DNA of 64,000 bases from Polyangiales bacterium (GCA_044229975.1 JBGARZ010000004.1:160001-224000), one strand, 5' to 3'. Shown: positions 1 to 12,735, counted from the stretch's first letter. Notes: a model not told the origin generated them from the letters alone. A program made the numbers and translations.

Positions 1-793
1 CGCCGGTCGCGTACCCCCGCACCACCTGCCCGCCCACCGCGCGCAGCGCCGCCGGAACCGCCTCCGCGTTGACCTCCGTCCACGTCACCACGACCGGAGA
101 GTTTCGGTCGACGATCGACGGAGCACCCCGCGACCACGACCCGTCGGCGGGAGCGTTCGCGAGCAGCAGCCAGCGCGACCCCCCGTACGAGACCATGTGC
201 ATCAGCGCGCCCGGCTCTGGCACCGCCGGGGTCAGCGCCGCGTCGCCCAGGGTCGACGCGAGCATCTCCTCGCGCGCGATGGCGAGCGAACCGCCCGCGC
301 GCACCAGCACCACCTCCTTCGGACCGGAGTCGTGAAAGCTCCCCTGCGTGAAATCCTGCGTGAAGCGCACCGTCGCCGAGCCCGTCCCCGACGTGATGAC
401 CACGTCGCGCGCCGCCACCTGCATCGCCGCGCCGAACATCGTGCGCCGGTCGGTCATCCACCCGGCCCGGTCGAACTGTCGCACCCGCGGCCCCGAGCGA
501 CGCACGCCCGTGAAGCGCGGCGCGTACAGGCGCTCGTAGGCCGCGAAGTCACCGCCGTTCTGCGCGCGCAGCCAGGCGTCGAGGAGGGTCTGCGCGTCGC
601 TCGTCGCGAGCTCGACGACGGGCGCCGGGGCCATGGGTGCCGCCGCGACGGAGGCGTCAGTCTCGGCGGTGGCGGTGGTGTTCGCGGCGGGCGGCGGAGG
701 GGCCGGCGCGGGCGGGGCGGGGTCGCGCTGCGGAGCGCTGCAACCGAGCACGACGGACAGGGCGATGGACGCGGTGGCGAAGGGGCGGTTCAT
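1..793 (-). CDS. Lipoprotein with NTF2/SnoaL-like domain (3' end runs off the window)
   Basis: Manual translation from ATG at 793: MNRPFATASIALSVVLGC (lipobox), Pro/Ala linker, then LLDAWLRAQNGGDFAAYERLYAPRF...ATVRFTQDF...KEVVLVR, an NTF2-like pattern. Not in the ORF track because it is open at the window edge. Confidence 0.7.
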   Translation of the reverse strand, partial: MNRPFATASIALSVVLGCSAPQRDPAPPAPAPPPPAANTTATAETDASVAAAPMAPAPVVELATSDAQTLLDAWLRAQNGGDFAAYERLYAPRFTGVRRSGPRVRQFDRAGWMTDRRTMFGAAMQVAARDVVITSGTGSATVRFTQDFTQGSFHDSGPKEVVLVRAGGSLAIAREEMLASTLGDAALTPAVPEPGALMHMVSYGGSRWLLLANAPADGSWSRGAPSIVDRNSPVVVTWTEVNAEAVPAALRAVGGQVVRGYATG

Positions 794-862
794 GGTGCGC
801 CGAGTGCTCTCACGCCGGGCGCGGGGTGTCACTGTCAGGGCGATTTCACCCCTCGCGCTGCG

Positions 863-1594
863 TCACCCGAAGAGCGCCGGCAGCACCTCGCCCGAGCGCC
901 CCTCGATCACCCGGTCGAAGGCCCGCACGTTGGCCGGCGCCTCCAGGTTGACGAGCACCGTCTCGGCGCCCGCGCGCTTGCTCACCTCGACGAGGCCCGC
1001 CGCCGGGTACACCACCCCCGACGTCCCCGCCGCGATGAACACCATCCGGTGTCCGCGCGCCTCGTTGACGAAGTCCTCGATGCGCCCGAGGTCGGCCGGG
1101 TCGAGCCTCTCGCCGAACCACACGATGTGCGGCCGCAGCATCCCCCCGCAGCGGTCGCACACGGGCAGCGCGTCGGGGTACAGCGCGCGGTCTTCGAAGG
1201 GCGCGCGCTGGCAATCGCGACACCGCGACTTGAACAGGTTGCCGTGCATCTCCACCACCCGCTCGCTGCCCGACGCGCGGTGCAGGCCGTCGATGTTCTG
1301 CGTCGCGAGAAGAAAGCGGTCGCCCAGTCGCCGCTCCAGCGCAGCGAGCGCGTCGTGCCCGGGGTTGGGTGCGCACTTCTCCGCCGCCTCGCGGCGCAGC
1401 GAATAGAAGCGCCACACCAGCGACGGGTCGCGCTCGAAGCCGTCGGGCGAGGCGACGTCCTCGACGCGGTGGTTCTCCCACAGCCCGTTGCTGTCGCGGA
1501 AGGTGGGGATGCCGCTCTCGGCCGACACGCCGGCTCCCGTGAGAACCAACACGCGGACGTCATCATCGATGTGGATCGGAGCAATGTGCTTCAT
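863..1594 (-). CDS. cobB: NAD-dependent protein deacylase (class III sirtuin)
   Basis: GAGVSAESGIPTFR, TQNIDGLH, HGNL, CxxC...CxxC zinc site, RPHIVWFGE, GTSGVVYPAA; YxxR (FYSLRR) desuccinylase motif. Confidence 0.95.
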   Translation of the reverse strand: MKHIAPIHIDDDVRVLVLTGAGVSAESGIPTFRDSNGLWENHRVEDVASPDGFERDPSLVWRFYSLRREAAEKCAPNPGHDALAALERRLGDRFLLATQNIDGLHRASGSERVVEMHGNLFKSRCRDCQRAPFEDRALYPDALPVCDRCGGMLRPHIVWFGERLDPADLGRIEDFVNEARGHRMVFIAAGTSGVVYPAAGLVEVSKRAGAETVLVNLEAPANVRAFDRVIEGRSGEVLPALFG

Positions 1595-1631
1595 GGCGGT
1601 CGCCAACGTAGCGCACGCCGCGCCCCGCGCA

Positions 1632-2468
1632 TTACCCGCCCAGTAAGATCGCCCGCGCCTCTCGCGCCGTCGGCCGCTCCTCGGCCCGCTTCGCAAGGCA
1701 CCGCCGCACCAGCTCATCGACCCTCGCGCTCACCGTCACGCCCGCGTCGCGCAGCGACGGCACCGGACCCTCCGCGACGGCCACCATCACCGCCGCGATC
1801 GGCCCCGCGTAGAGCCGTCGCCCGCTGAGCAGCTCGTACAGCACCACCCCCGCCGCGAACACGTCGCTGCGCCCGTCGATGGTCCCTTCGCCCGTCACCA
1901 CCTCCGGCGCCATGTACCCGCGCGTACCCTTCATCACGCCGCGGTCGGCGTCTGCGCGCCAGCGGCTCGTCGCGATGCCGAAGTCCAGCAGCGCCACCAT
2001 CCCGTCGTCGCGCACCACCACGTTGCTCGGCGCCACGTCCCGATGAACCACCCCCAGCGCCTCACCCCCCTCATCGTCGCGCCCATGCACATGATCGAGC
2101 GCATCGAAGAGCGCCGCCATCCACCACCGCGCCTGCACCTCGGACACCCGAGCCTCACCCATCAGCGTGTCGAGCCCGCGCCCCGGCATGTACTCCAGCA
2201 CCATGTGCGGAACGCCCGCGTCGCTCCGATAGCGCGCCACCATCCGCGGAATCGCCCGGTGATCGAGGCGCTCCAGCAGCCGCCCCTCGTGCTCGAACAT
2301 CGCCACCAGCTCGGGGTCGTAGGCGCAGTGCCGGTGCATGCGCTTGAGCACCCGCGCCGCGCCCTCCGCGTCGTGCGCCAGGAAGGTCTCGGCCAGCGCG
2401 CCCACCCCGAGCCTCGGGCCCATGCGCAGCGTCGGTGGCTCCATCATCGCGCTCCCCGCTTCGATCAC
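1632..2468 (-). CDS. Soluble Hanks-type Ser/Thr protein kinase
   Basis: LGVGALA, VLKR, HRDVAPSN, DFG, GTRGYMAPE, DVFAAG; no transmembrane segment. Start may be the ATG of MMEPP. Confidence 0.9.
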   Translation of the reverse strand: MIEAGSAMMEPPTLRMGPRLGVGALAETFLAHDAEGAARVLKRMHRHCAYDPELVAMFEHEGRLLERLDHRAIPRMVARYRSDAGVPHMVLEYMPGRGLDTLMGEARVSEVQARWWMAALFDALDHVHGRDDEGGEALGVVHRDVAPSNVVVRDDGMVALLDFGIATSRWRADADRGVMKGTRGYMAPEVVTGEGTIDGRSDVFAAGVVLYELLSGRRLYAGPIAAVMVAVAEGPVPSLRDAGVTVSARVDELVRRCLAKRAEERPTAREARAILLGG

Positions 2469-2494
2469 CGCGCGAGTATAGTCCGCGCCCGACC

Positions 2495-4147
2495 ATGCGA
2501 TCGCACTTCGCGTTGACCCTCTCGCTCCTCGGCCTCGGCTGCGGCGCCTCGGTGACCTCCAACGCCACCGACGCCTCCGATGTTCCGGTGGCCTTCATCG
2601 ACGACCCTGCGCCGCCCGTCGATGTGCCCGTCGTCGCGGTGGATGTCCCGCCCGTGATGGTCGAGGACGTGCCGGTGGTGACGCCCGAAGACATCCCCGT
2701 GGTCACCGGCGACCTCGAGATCGGCGCGCCGTGCATGCGCGACTCCGAGTGCCAGTCGGGCCTGTGCGCCAACACGCCCGGGGTCGTCGCGGGCTGTGCG
2801 CAGCCCTGCACCATCGACGACGACTGCGTCGGCGCGCAGTGCGTGCTCGACCGCAACCCCGCGGGCGGGCGCATGGCCTGCGGCCAGGTGGTGACCGCCG
2901 TCGTCGACGCGGTGGGCGCGTGCACCATGGACACCGAGTGCACCTGGGGCCTCTGCCTCGACGGGCTCTGCCACAACCCCTGCGCCGACGACACGTACTG
3001 CCTCGCGGGCTGGCACTGCGGCCCGCAGGCGATCGGCGCGCGCAACGTGCAGGTGTGCCGGGCCAACCCCATCACCGGCGTCACCGTCGAGGACTTCACC
3101 CTCGTCGACGGCCCCGTGCTGGTCGACCGATTGACGATGCCGACCTCGGTGGTGGCGCCGCCCGACACCGTGTCGCTCACCTGGGTCACGCAGGACGTGG
3201 GCGGCGGCAACCTCTTCGCCTCGGTCTCCAACGTCACCTCTCCCGTCGGCACCGCCCTCGTCGACCTCCGCTCCTGGAACACCCTCCGCGAGCAGCCCGT
3301 CCGCACCATCCCGCAGCGCCTGGAGATCAACACCGCGACCTTCCCGGGGCGGGACATGGAGCCGATGGTTCCGGGGGTGTTTACGTCGACGCACCTGCTG
3401 CAAAACGATCGCATGGGCACTGCCGTCACCAGCCGCAACATGCGCGCGCTGGTGCGTATCAAGCGCGCCCCCGGCGGCGTCGCCGCCAACGGGTGGACCT
3501 TGCGCATCGCCATCGTCATGGGTGGTGTTCCGGGGCTCAACACCACCACCGCCCCGACCAACACCCGGCTGCAAAACGCCATCAACCGGATGCGCACCAT
3601 CTACGCGACGATGGGCATCAACATCATGATCGCGGGCTACGGCGAGCTCACCGCGGCGGACGCGGCGCGCTTCGGAACCATCGACAGCCAGGAGGAGCTG
3701 CGGGCGCTCTTCCAGGAGAGCGCGGGCGCGACCCCGGACGTGCTGCCGATCTTCATCGTGCGCGGCATCGCCACCAACGCGGGCCTGGAAAACGCCATCG
3801 GCATTGCGGGTGGCATCAACGGCCCGCCGGGCATCCAGGGGACCGTCTCATCGGGCGTGGTGGCGAGCTGGGACAACTCCAGCGGCCGGGTCGACCTGCT
3901 GGGCCAGGTGCTGGCCCACGAGTGCGGGCACTACCTCGGGCTATGGCACGTGCGCGAGCGCCTCGCCGCGTGCACCGCCGCCGGCCAGATGGACTGCTCC
4001 ATCTTCGGCGGCGTCGACAACATCACCGACACGCCCACCGGCACGACGGCCTCGCAGTACCTGATGTTCTGGACGACGGACGGCACCAACAACCGCCTCA
4101 CCGATGGTCAGGGGCTGATGATGCGCCGCAACCCGATGGTGCACTGA
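2495..4147 (+). CDS. Lipoprotein zinc metalloprotease (metzincin, M43/pappalysin-like) with Cys-rich repeats
   Basis: Lipobox LGLGC; DVP-rich linker; CxxDxxC repeats; HECGHYLGLWH zinc motif; DNITDTP and YLMF Met-turn. Confidence 0.85.
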   Translation: MRSHFALTLSLLGLGCGASVTSNATDASDVPVAFIDDPAPPVDVPVVAVDVPPVMVEDVPVVTPEDIPVVTGDLEIGAPCMRDSECQSGLCANTPGVVAGCAQPCTIDDDCVGAQCVLDRNPAGGRMACGQVVTAVVDAVGACTMDTECTWGLCLDGLCHNPCADDTYCLAGWHCGPQAIGARNVQVCRANPITGVTVEDFTLVDGPVLVDRLTMPTSVVAPPDTVSLTWVTQDVGGGNLFASVSNVTSPVGTALVDLRSWNTLREQPVRTIPQRLEINTATFPGRDMEPMVPGVFTSTHLLQNDRMGTAVTSRNMRALVRIKRAPGGVAANGWTLRIAIVMGGVPGLNTTTAPTNTRLQNAINRMRTIYATMGINIMIAGYGELTAADAARFGTIDSQEELRALFQESAGATPDVLPIFIVRGIATNAGLENAIGIAGGINGPPGIQGTVSSGVVASWDNSSGRVDLLGQVLAHECGHYLGLWHVRERLAACTAAGQMDCSIFGGVDNITDTPTGTTASQYLMFWTTDGTNNRLTDGQGLMMRRNPMVH

Positions 4148-4157
4148 CGCGAAGGCG

Positions 4158-6992
<2,835 letters not shown>

Positions 6993-6994
6993 TC

Positions 6995-7026
6995 AGGCGA
7001 GAGGATTTGAACCCCTCCGCCCCTAC
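6995..7026. terminator. GTAG-type REP-like hairpin between convergent gdhA and batE; possible terminator
   Basis: Minus strand reads GTAG-GGGCGGAGGGG-TTCAAAT-CCTCTCGCCT; the TAG is the batE stop codon. Confidence 0.45.
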
Positions 7027-7787
7027 AACCCCCCGAGCTCGCCCGACTCCAGCCAGCCCGTCGCGCCGCCCAGCGTCTTCACCCGCGTGAACACCCCGTC
7101 GCGCGACACCCGCTCCACCCGCTCGCCCTCGCGCACCACCGTGTCCGGGATGCCGTCCACCCGCGCCGTCTGCCGCAGCCGCAATCCCCCGTGCAGCACC
7201 ACCGCCTCCGATGGCAGCGCCCGCCGCGCCGCGACCAGGCCCAGCGAGCCCGCCGTCAGCACCAGTGACAGCACCAGCGCCACCGTCATCCCGACGCCCT
7301 CCAGCTCGGACGTCACCCGCCGCCGGCGCCACACCGACAGCACCACCCCGAGCTGCCCGATCACCCCCAGCACCACGCTCCACCCAAGCGGAACCAGCTC
7401 CCCCACCTGCACCTGCAACGGGACCGCCTGCTCCACCACCGCCTGCCCCGAGCGCCCGGCGTCGCGACGCGCCAATCGCAGCCGCGTCGATCGCAGGTTG
7501 CTCCGCGTCTCCCACGCCAGCGGCGAGCGCCGCAGCACCCGCTCGAAGCACCAGATCGCCTCGCCGTAACGCTCCTGCCGCGCGTACACCGTTCCGAGGT
7601 CGTACAGCACCCCGTCGCTGTCGACCCCAGCGGCCACCAGCTCTTCCAGCGACCGCGCCGCCGTCGGCAGATCGCCCCGTGCCTCCGCGCTCAACGCCCG
7701 CCCCAGCAGCTCGCGCGCGCTCACCGCACCGGCCGTCGCGCCCGCGAGCAACAAGCCCAGCGCGACCGCTACACCCGCCCGCCTCAC
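7023..7787 (-). CDS. batE: BatE-like TPR + transmembrane + SH3 protein
   Basis: GTG start overlaps the batD stop (GTGA); signal peptide, TPR (LYDLGTVYARQERYGEAIWCFERVL), two hydrophobic segments, C-terminal SH3-like end (EGERV...TGWLES). Confidence 0.75.
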   Translation of the reverse strand: MRRAGVAVALGLLLAGATAGAVSARELLGRALSAEARGDLPTAARSLEELVAAGVDSDGVLYDLGTVYARQERYGEAIWCFERVLRRSPLAWETRSNLRSTRLRLARRDAGRSGQAVVEQAVPLQVQVGELVPLGWSVVLGVIGQLGVVLSVWRRRRVTSELEGVGMTVALVLSLVLTAGSLGLVAARRALPSEAVVLHGGLRLRQTARVDGIPDTVVREGERVERVSRDGVFTRVKTLGGATGWLESGELGGL

Positions 7788-9637
7788 GCGCTCGCCTCCA
7801 TCGCTTCGACCACCGCGCGCACCTCGCGCAACGCCTCCGCCACCGCCTCGCGGTCGGCCGACGCGCCCGCAAATCGCAGCCCGTCGCACGCCTCGCGCGC
7901 CGCTCGCGCTCGCTTCGTCAGCGACTCGTCCACCGTCTTCGCGCCGCGCTCCGCCCGGTCGAGCGCGCGCGAACCGAGGCCCAGCGCGCCCGTCGCATCG
8001 CCCGCCGCGAGCGCTGCGTCGGCCTGCGTGAGCAGCGAGCGAGGGTCGTTCTTCGCGGTCTCGGCCTGCGCCGTGCGACGGGTCTTCGACCAGCGCCGCA
8101 GCGCCTCGCTCAAACCCGCCAGCAACACGGCGCCGGGGACCAGCGAGAGTGTTCCCCACACCCGCAGCGGCGTCGTGAAGAAGCTCGACGTCGACGTGAG
8201 CGGAACATCACGCAGCAGCCCTTCGAGCGCGATGGACGGGTCGGCCGCGGCCTCGTCGTCGTCGGGCGTGGTGGTGCGCGCCGTCCCGGTCGCGGTGAGC
8301 ACCGGCAGCTCGACCCGCGTGGTGTCGTAGCGCCCCGTCGACGGGTCGAACCACGGCACCATCAGCGGCGCCATCGTGAACGCCCCCGGACGATCGGCCA
8401 CCAGCCGGAACTCGTTGGTCACCTCGCTCCGCAGCGGCTCGACGTTGCGGTCGATCTGCGAGCGCGACCCGCCCGTCAGCACACGCAGACCGTCCACCGC
8501 GCGCGGCGACGGAAGCGTCACGCTCCCGAGGTAGCCGTTGCCCTGCGCGCGTATCGTGAGCGTCGCGGTCTCGCCCACCGGAACCTGCGCGCGGTCGAGC
8601 GTTGCGGTGAGCGTGAGCGGACCGATGGTGCCTGGGACGTAGCCCGCGGGGCGACCCTCCATCGGGGCTTCGCGCGCCTCGATGACCAGCGATGGCGTCG
8701 CGAGCTCGGCCCGGCGGCGACGACCGAAGAAACCACCGTCGCTCTCGATGTACTCGACGCCCATGCGCAGCGGGCCGATCTCCATGCGACCCGCGTGCGT
8801 CGGAAATACGGCGAGGCGACGAACCATGCCGGCCCACATGTTCCAGGAGCCGACGCGCTGCGGAATCCAGCGGCGGGCGCACTGCTGCTGCGGCTCCATC
8901 AGCACCTCCGACCAGAAGCCGTCGAGCGTCGCCTCGCGCAGCGGCTCGCAGCCCGCCTCGTTGCTGGGCACGTACACGAAGGCCCGAAACACCACCTGCT
9001 GACCGACGTACGGGCGCTCGACGTCGACCACCGCGCGCAGGAAGCCCGAGGACTGGGCTTGCGCGCCGGTGAGGGTTCCGTCGGGCGGGACGTCGGGGCC
9101 GGTGGGAATCTGCGGCTCCGGCGGCGCCTGCGGCTCCATCGGGTCGAAGAGACCGGGAGGGAAGGGGTTGTTGAAGTCGGGATCGGGCGCCTGTTGGGGC
9201 GCGGAGCCTTCGCGCGTGACGACGATGGTGTAGGGCCCGACCTGGGCGACGGTGCGCCCGTTGGCGTCGATGGCGCGGGCTCCGCGGACGACGTAGCGAC
9301 CGGGCCGTTGCGCGCGCAGCAGGTACGTCGACGACGAGCGCATCACGAACATCCCACCACCGCCGCCCATCATCATGCCGGCGGGGGCCTGCGGAGGTTC
9401 GGCGCGGCTGAGCGTCTCGACGCCGTTGGGGATGTCGAGGGGCATCACGCGCACCGACGGACCGCCCTGGAAGGTGAGCCCGTAGGTGAGACGGAAGGGT
9501 GCGCCCGCGGCGGGCTGCGGCGGGTCGACGCTGAGCTGGAGGGACACCTGGGCGCGCGCCTCGACGGAGAAGGCGAGGGCGACCGCGAGGGCCGTGGCGG
9601 AGCGTCGTTGGCGGGGAGAGAAGAAGGTCGGACCCAT
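7784..9637 (-). CDS. batD: BatD family protein
   Basis: Signal peptide; repeated BatD beta-sandwich motifs (PYVGQQV, LDGFWSE, VFPTHAGRMEIGP, VGETATLTI...G.G, VPWFDPSTGRY); C-terminal TM segment. Confidence 0.88.
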   Translation of the reverse strand: MGPTFFSPRQRRSATALAVALAFSVEARAQVSLQLSVDPPQPAAGAPFRLTYGLTFQGGPSVRVMPLDIPNGVETLSRAEPPQAPAGMMMGGGGGMFVMRSSSTYLLRAQRPGRYVVRGARAIDANGRTVAQVGPYTIVVTREGSAPQQAPDPDFNNPFPPGLFDPMEPQAPPEPQIPTGPDVPPDGTLTGAQAQSSGFLRAVVDVERPYVGQQVVFRAFVYVPSNEAGCEPLREATLDGFWSEVLMEPQQQCARRWIPQRVGSWNMWAGMVRRLAVFPTHAGRMEIGPLRMGVEYIESDGGFFGRRRRAELATPSLVIEAREAPMEGRPAGYVPGTIGPLTLTATLDRAQVPVGETATLTIRAQGNGYLGSVTLPSPRAVDGLRVLTGGSRSQIDRNVEPLRSEVTNEFRLVADRPGAFTMAPLMVPWFDPSTGRYDTTRVELPVLTATGTARTTTPDDDEAAADPSIALEGLLRDVPLTSTSSFFTTPLRVWGTLSLVPGAVLLAGLSEALRRWSKTRRTAQAETAKNDPRSLLTQADAALAAGDATGALGLGSRALDRAERGAKTVDESLTKRARAAREACDGLRFAGASADREAVAEALREVRAVVEAMEASA

Positions 9638-9703
9638 CGGGTGTGTCGCGCGAGCGCGGACCGCGTACTACCACCGACCGACGGGTTGTGAAGGGCGCTC
9701 TGA

Positions 9704-9780
9704 CGGGGGCTACCACCGTCGATAGCGCCCACACCGCGGCGTCAGCGCGGCGCGGGTCCTGTCGACGGTGGTAGCCCCCG
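9704..9780. repeat. 22-bp inverted repeat enclosing the core of the 53-bp REP-like family
   Basis: CGGGGGCTACCACCGTCGATAG (9704-9725) versus CTGTCGACGGTGGTAGCCCCCG (9759-9780), 21/22 complementary; the loop contains GCCCACACCGCGGCGTCAGCGCGGCGCG. Confidence 0.85.
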
Positions 9781-9872
9781 ACCCCCTCGCGGGTGTAGTC
9801 CCCCGCACCACGCGCGGTGTCGTCGCCACAGCCGCTCCCATCCGCGCCTCCTCGAAAGGACCCACCTCCCCC

Positions 9873-10574
9873 ATGAAGACCATCGTCTCGCTCTCGTGTC
9901 TCTCGCTGCTCCTCGGTTGCGCCAGCACGCCCGCCCCGGCGCCCGTTGCGCCCGCTCCGGCCCCCGCGCCCGAGCCCGTCGCCGCACCCGAGCCCGCTCC
10001 GGCCCCCGCGCCCGTCGCCGAGCCCGAGCCCACGCCGCCGCCCGCCCCCGTGGCCTTCGTCGCCTCGCCCGACGACATCGCCGCCTGGGGCCACGCGCGC
10101 ACGCTGCTCGACTTCAACGCCCGCGCCAACTTCGGCGGCGGCCGGCTCACCACTGGGTTCACGCCCGATCCGTGGGCCTTCCCGCTCACCGCGGGCGGCG
10201 GTCGCAACCCCGTCAACGTCGAAGACCTCCACATCCGCGATCACGTCAGCGGTGAGGCGTGCAGCCGGTCGTTCGTGACCCGCCGCCCCGACTTCCACTT
10301 CAACTTCACCGCCGGAACCACCTTCCCCCTCCTGCGCTTCTACGTCATCACGCAGAACAACTCCGACGCCACGCTGGTCATCAACGAGCCGGGCGGTCAG
10401 TGGCGCTGCAACGACGACCACCACCACGAGGGCTGGGGCAACAGCCTCATGCCGGTCATCGACTTCGCCAACCCCGCCGCCGGCCGCTACGACATCTGGG
10501 TCGGAACCTACGACGCCTCGTCGCACAACCCCGCTTCGCTCAACGTCACCGAGCTCGACACCAACCACCCGTAG
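9873..10574 (+). CDS. Lipoprotein, Pro/Ala linker + conserved beta domain (GFxPDP...AGG...CNDD)
   Basis: Lipobox LLLGC; domain motifs GFTPDP, DATLVIN.PGGQW.CNDD, GRYDIWVGTY. Confidence 0.8.
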   Translation: MKTIVSLSCLSLLLGCASTPAPAPVAPAPAPAPEPVAAPEPAPAPAPVAEPEPTPPPAPVAFVASPDDIAAWGHARTLLDFNARANFGGGRLTTGFTPDPWAFPLTAGGGRNPVNVEDLHIRDHVSGEACSRSFVTRRPDFHFNFTAGTTFPLLRFYVITQNNSDATLVINEPGGQWRCNDDHHHEGWGNSLMPVIDFANPAAGRYDIWVGTYDASSHNPASLNVTELDTNHP

Positions 10575-10637
10575 TCGGCGCGGTCCCGCCCGCGTTGATG
10601 CGCCGCTCCTCTCCGTGGCATCACCACGATCCCATCG

Positions 10638-11507
10638 ATGAGCGTCCCCCCCGCATCACCCGGTGACGTCCCCCGCTGGGCGCGCTCGCTGCTCGCCGCA
10701 CACCGCGCCCTCGACCTCCTCCACGCGCAGCGCGTCGCCGCCACCTTCGAGCTGCTCCGCTCGGCGCTCCCCGCCGCTGCGCGCGGCCCCTTCACCGACG
10801 CCATCTTCGCCCGTCAGCCCACCTACGCGCCCGGCGGCGCGCGCTTCGCCGAGGCCCTCTTCCCCTGGGAACTCGCCGCCCTCCAGCACCCCTCCTGGCC
10901 GCGCACGGGTCGCATCCTCCTCGGTGGCGCGGGCGGCGGTCGCGAGCTCGCCGCGCTCTCGGTGCTCGGCTACGAGGTCGTCGCCTTCGAGCCCTCGTCC
11001 CTCGTCGACGATCTCACCCGCGCCGCCCGCGTCGCTCCCACTCCCTGCGCGGCGCTGCGCGGCGACTACGACGCCCTCCACCGCGCGCTCACCGTCGGCG
11101 ACGGACCCCTCGCATCCGTCGCTCCGCCCGCGCGCTTCGACGCGGTGCTGCTCGGCTGGGCGAGCCTCTCGCACGTGCTCGACCCGTCGGCGCAACGTGG
11201 GCTCCTGCGCTCGCTGCGACGGGCGTTTCCCGAGGCGCCGGTGCTGCTGAGCGTTCATCGCCACGATGGGGTGGCGGCGCCGTTGGCTGCCCGCGCGGTG
11301 CGTCGCGTGGCCCGCGGTCTGCGCTGGCCCGGCGCGGCGCTCTCCGACGCGGTGGCGGTGATGCCCTTCGCGGGCTTCGTCTACCGCTTCACCGAGGCCG
11401 AGCTCCGCGCGCTCGCGGCCGACACCGGCTACGACGCGACGGTGCACCTGACGCCGTACGCCCACGCCGTGCTCTCGCCGTCGCGCGCAGTTGGCCCGCA
11501 CCGATAG
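10638..11507 (+). CDS. Putative class I SAM-dependent methyltransferase
   Basis: ILLGGAGGGRE...VVAFEPS motif I/II; FDAVLLGW.SLSHV motif IV. Confidence 0.6.
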   Translation: MSVPPASPGDVPRWARSLLAAHRALDLLHAQRVAATFELLRSALPAAARGPFTDAIFARQPTYAPGGARFAEALFPWELAALQHPSWPRTGRILLGGAGGGRELAALSVLGYEVVAFEPSSLVDDLTRAARVAPTPCAALRGDYDALHRALTVGDGPLASVAPPARFDAVLLGWASLSHVLDPSAQRGLLRSLRRAFPEAPVLLSVHRHDGVAAPLAARAVRRVARGLRWPGAALSDAVAVMPFAGFVYRFTEAELRALAADTGYDATVHLTPYAHAVLSPSRAVGPHR

Positions 11508-11534
11508 CGGGGCGGTGCTCTACGATGCGCCGCG

Positions 11535-12449
11535 ATGAGCACCAGCGGCGGAAAGAAGGCGGTCATCGCGGCACTCGGGGCGAACGTCGCCATCGCGGTG
11601 AGCAAGTTCGTCGCGTGGCTCTTCACGGGCTCGTCGTCGATGCTCGCGGAGTCGGTGCACTCGCTCGCCGACTCGGCCAACCAGGCGCTGCTGCTCTTCG
11701 GCGCGCGGCAGGCGCAGCGCAAGCCCGACGAAGAACACCCCTTCGGCTACGGCCGCGACCGCTACTTCTACTCCTTCGTCGTCGCCCTCGTGCTCTTCGC
11801 GCTCGGGTCGGTGTTTGCGCTCTACGAGGGCTTCCACAAGCTCCACACGCGCGACCACCTGGAGTCGCCCTACCTCGCGCTCGGCGTGCTCGGCGTCGCC
11901 GTCGTGCTCGAAGGGCTCTCGTTTCGCACCGCCGTGCGCGAGGCCAACGAGCTGCGACAAGGCGAAGGCTGGGTGGCCTTTGTCCGGCACAGCAAGTCCC
12001 CCGAGCTCCCAGTGGTGCTGCTCGAAGACTTCGGCGCGCTCATCGGCCTGGTGCTCGCCATCGTCGGCGTGAGCCTCACCATCGCCACCGGCGACTCGCG
12101 CTGCGACGCCATCGCGACCCTCTGCATCGGAACGCTCCTCGGCATCATCGCCGTGGTGCTCATCTTCGAGACCAAGAGCCTGCTCATCGGCGAAGGCGCC
12201 ACGCCCGCCCAGGTCGCGGCCATCCGCGCGGCGCTCGCGGCCGTCCCGGAGGTTCCGCGGGTCATCCACCTCAAGACCCTCCACCTCGGCCCCGAAGAAC
12301 TCCTCGTCGCCGCCAAGATCGAGGTCGACGCGACGAAGAGCTTCCCCGAGGTGGCGGCGATCATCAACGCCGCCGAGGGGCGCGTGCGCGCGGCGGTTCC
12401 CATCGCGCGGGTGATCTACCTGGAGCCCGACGTCTACCGCCCGGCGTAG
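11535..12449 (+). CDS. Cation diffusion facilitator family transporter
   Basis: SMLAESVHSLAD, HPFGYGR, EDFGAL, six TM segments, C-terminal dimerisation domain (IYLEPD). Confidence 0.93.
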   Translation: MSTSGGKKAVIAALGANVAIAVSKFVAWLFTGSSSMLAESVHSLADSANQALLLFGARQAQRKPDEEHPFGYGRDRYFYSFVVALVLFALGSVFALYEGFHKLHTRDHLESPYLALGVLGVAVVLEGLSFRTAVREANELRQGEGWVAFVRHSKSPELPVVLLEDFGALIGLVLAIVGVSLTIATGDSRCDAIATLCIGTLLGIIAVVLIFETKSLLIGEGATPAQVAAIRAALAAVPEVPRVIHLKTLHLGPEELLVAAKIEVDATKSFPEVAAIINAAEGRVRAAVPIARVIYLEPDVYRPA

Positions 12450-12468
12450 GGAGGGAGCGCTCGGTGCT

Positions 12469-12721
12469 CGTCCCGCTGCGGGCCGGAGTTCGCGTGACCC
12501 CTTCGCGAGTGCGTGCAGTCGCTCCCTCCGGGCTATTTCAAGTTGTCACCTCGCTGCGCGAGGTTGCAGTACGGGTCTCAACGAACAATCCATCGACCAT
12601 TCATCGGCACCCGCAAGCTCTTGCAACCTCGCGCAGCGAGGTGACAACTTGAAATAGCCCGGAGGGAGCGACTGCACGCACTCGCGAGGGGGTCACGCGA
12701 ACTCCGGCCCGCAGCGGGACG
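12469..12721. repeat. Long inverted repeat (100-bp arms, 53-bp spacer), MITE/REPIN-like
   Basis: Arms 12469-12568 and 12622-12721 are reverse complements with one mismatch; lies between convergent genes. Confidence 0.9.
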
Positions 12722-12735
12722 CCCCTTGGGTTCGC

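Noticed and set aside
863..1594. Sir2 as an anti-phage NADase (Thoeris/DSR type)
   Set aside because: It has the zinc-binding module and all motifs of housekeeping CobB deacylases, with no defence partners.
9873..10574. Serine protease
   Set aside because: Only the accessory beta domain is present; no catalytic triad motifs seen.
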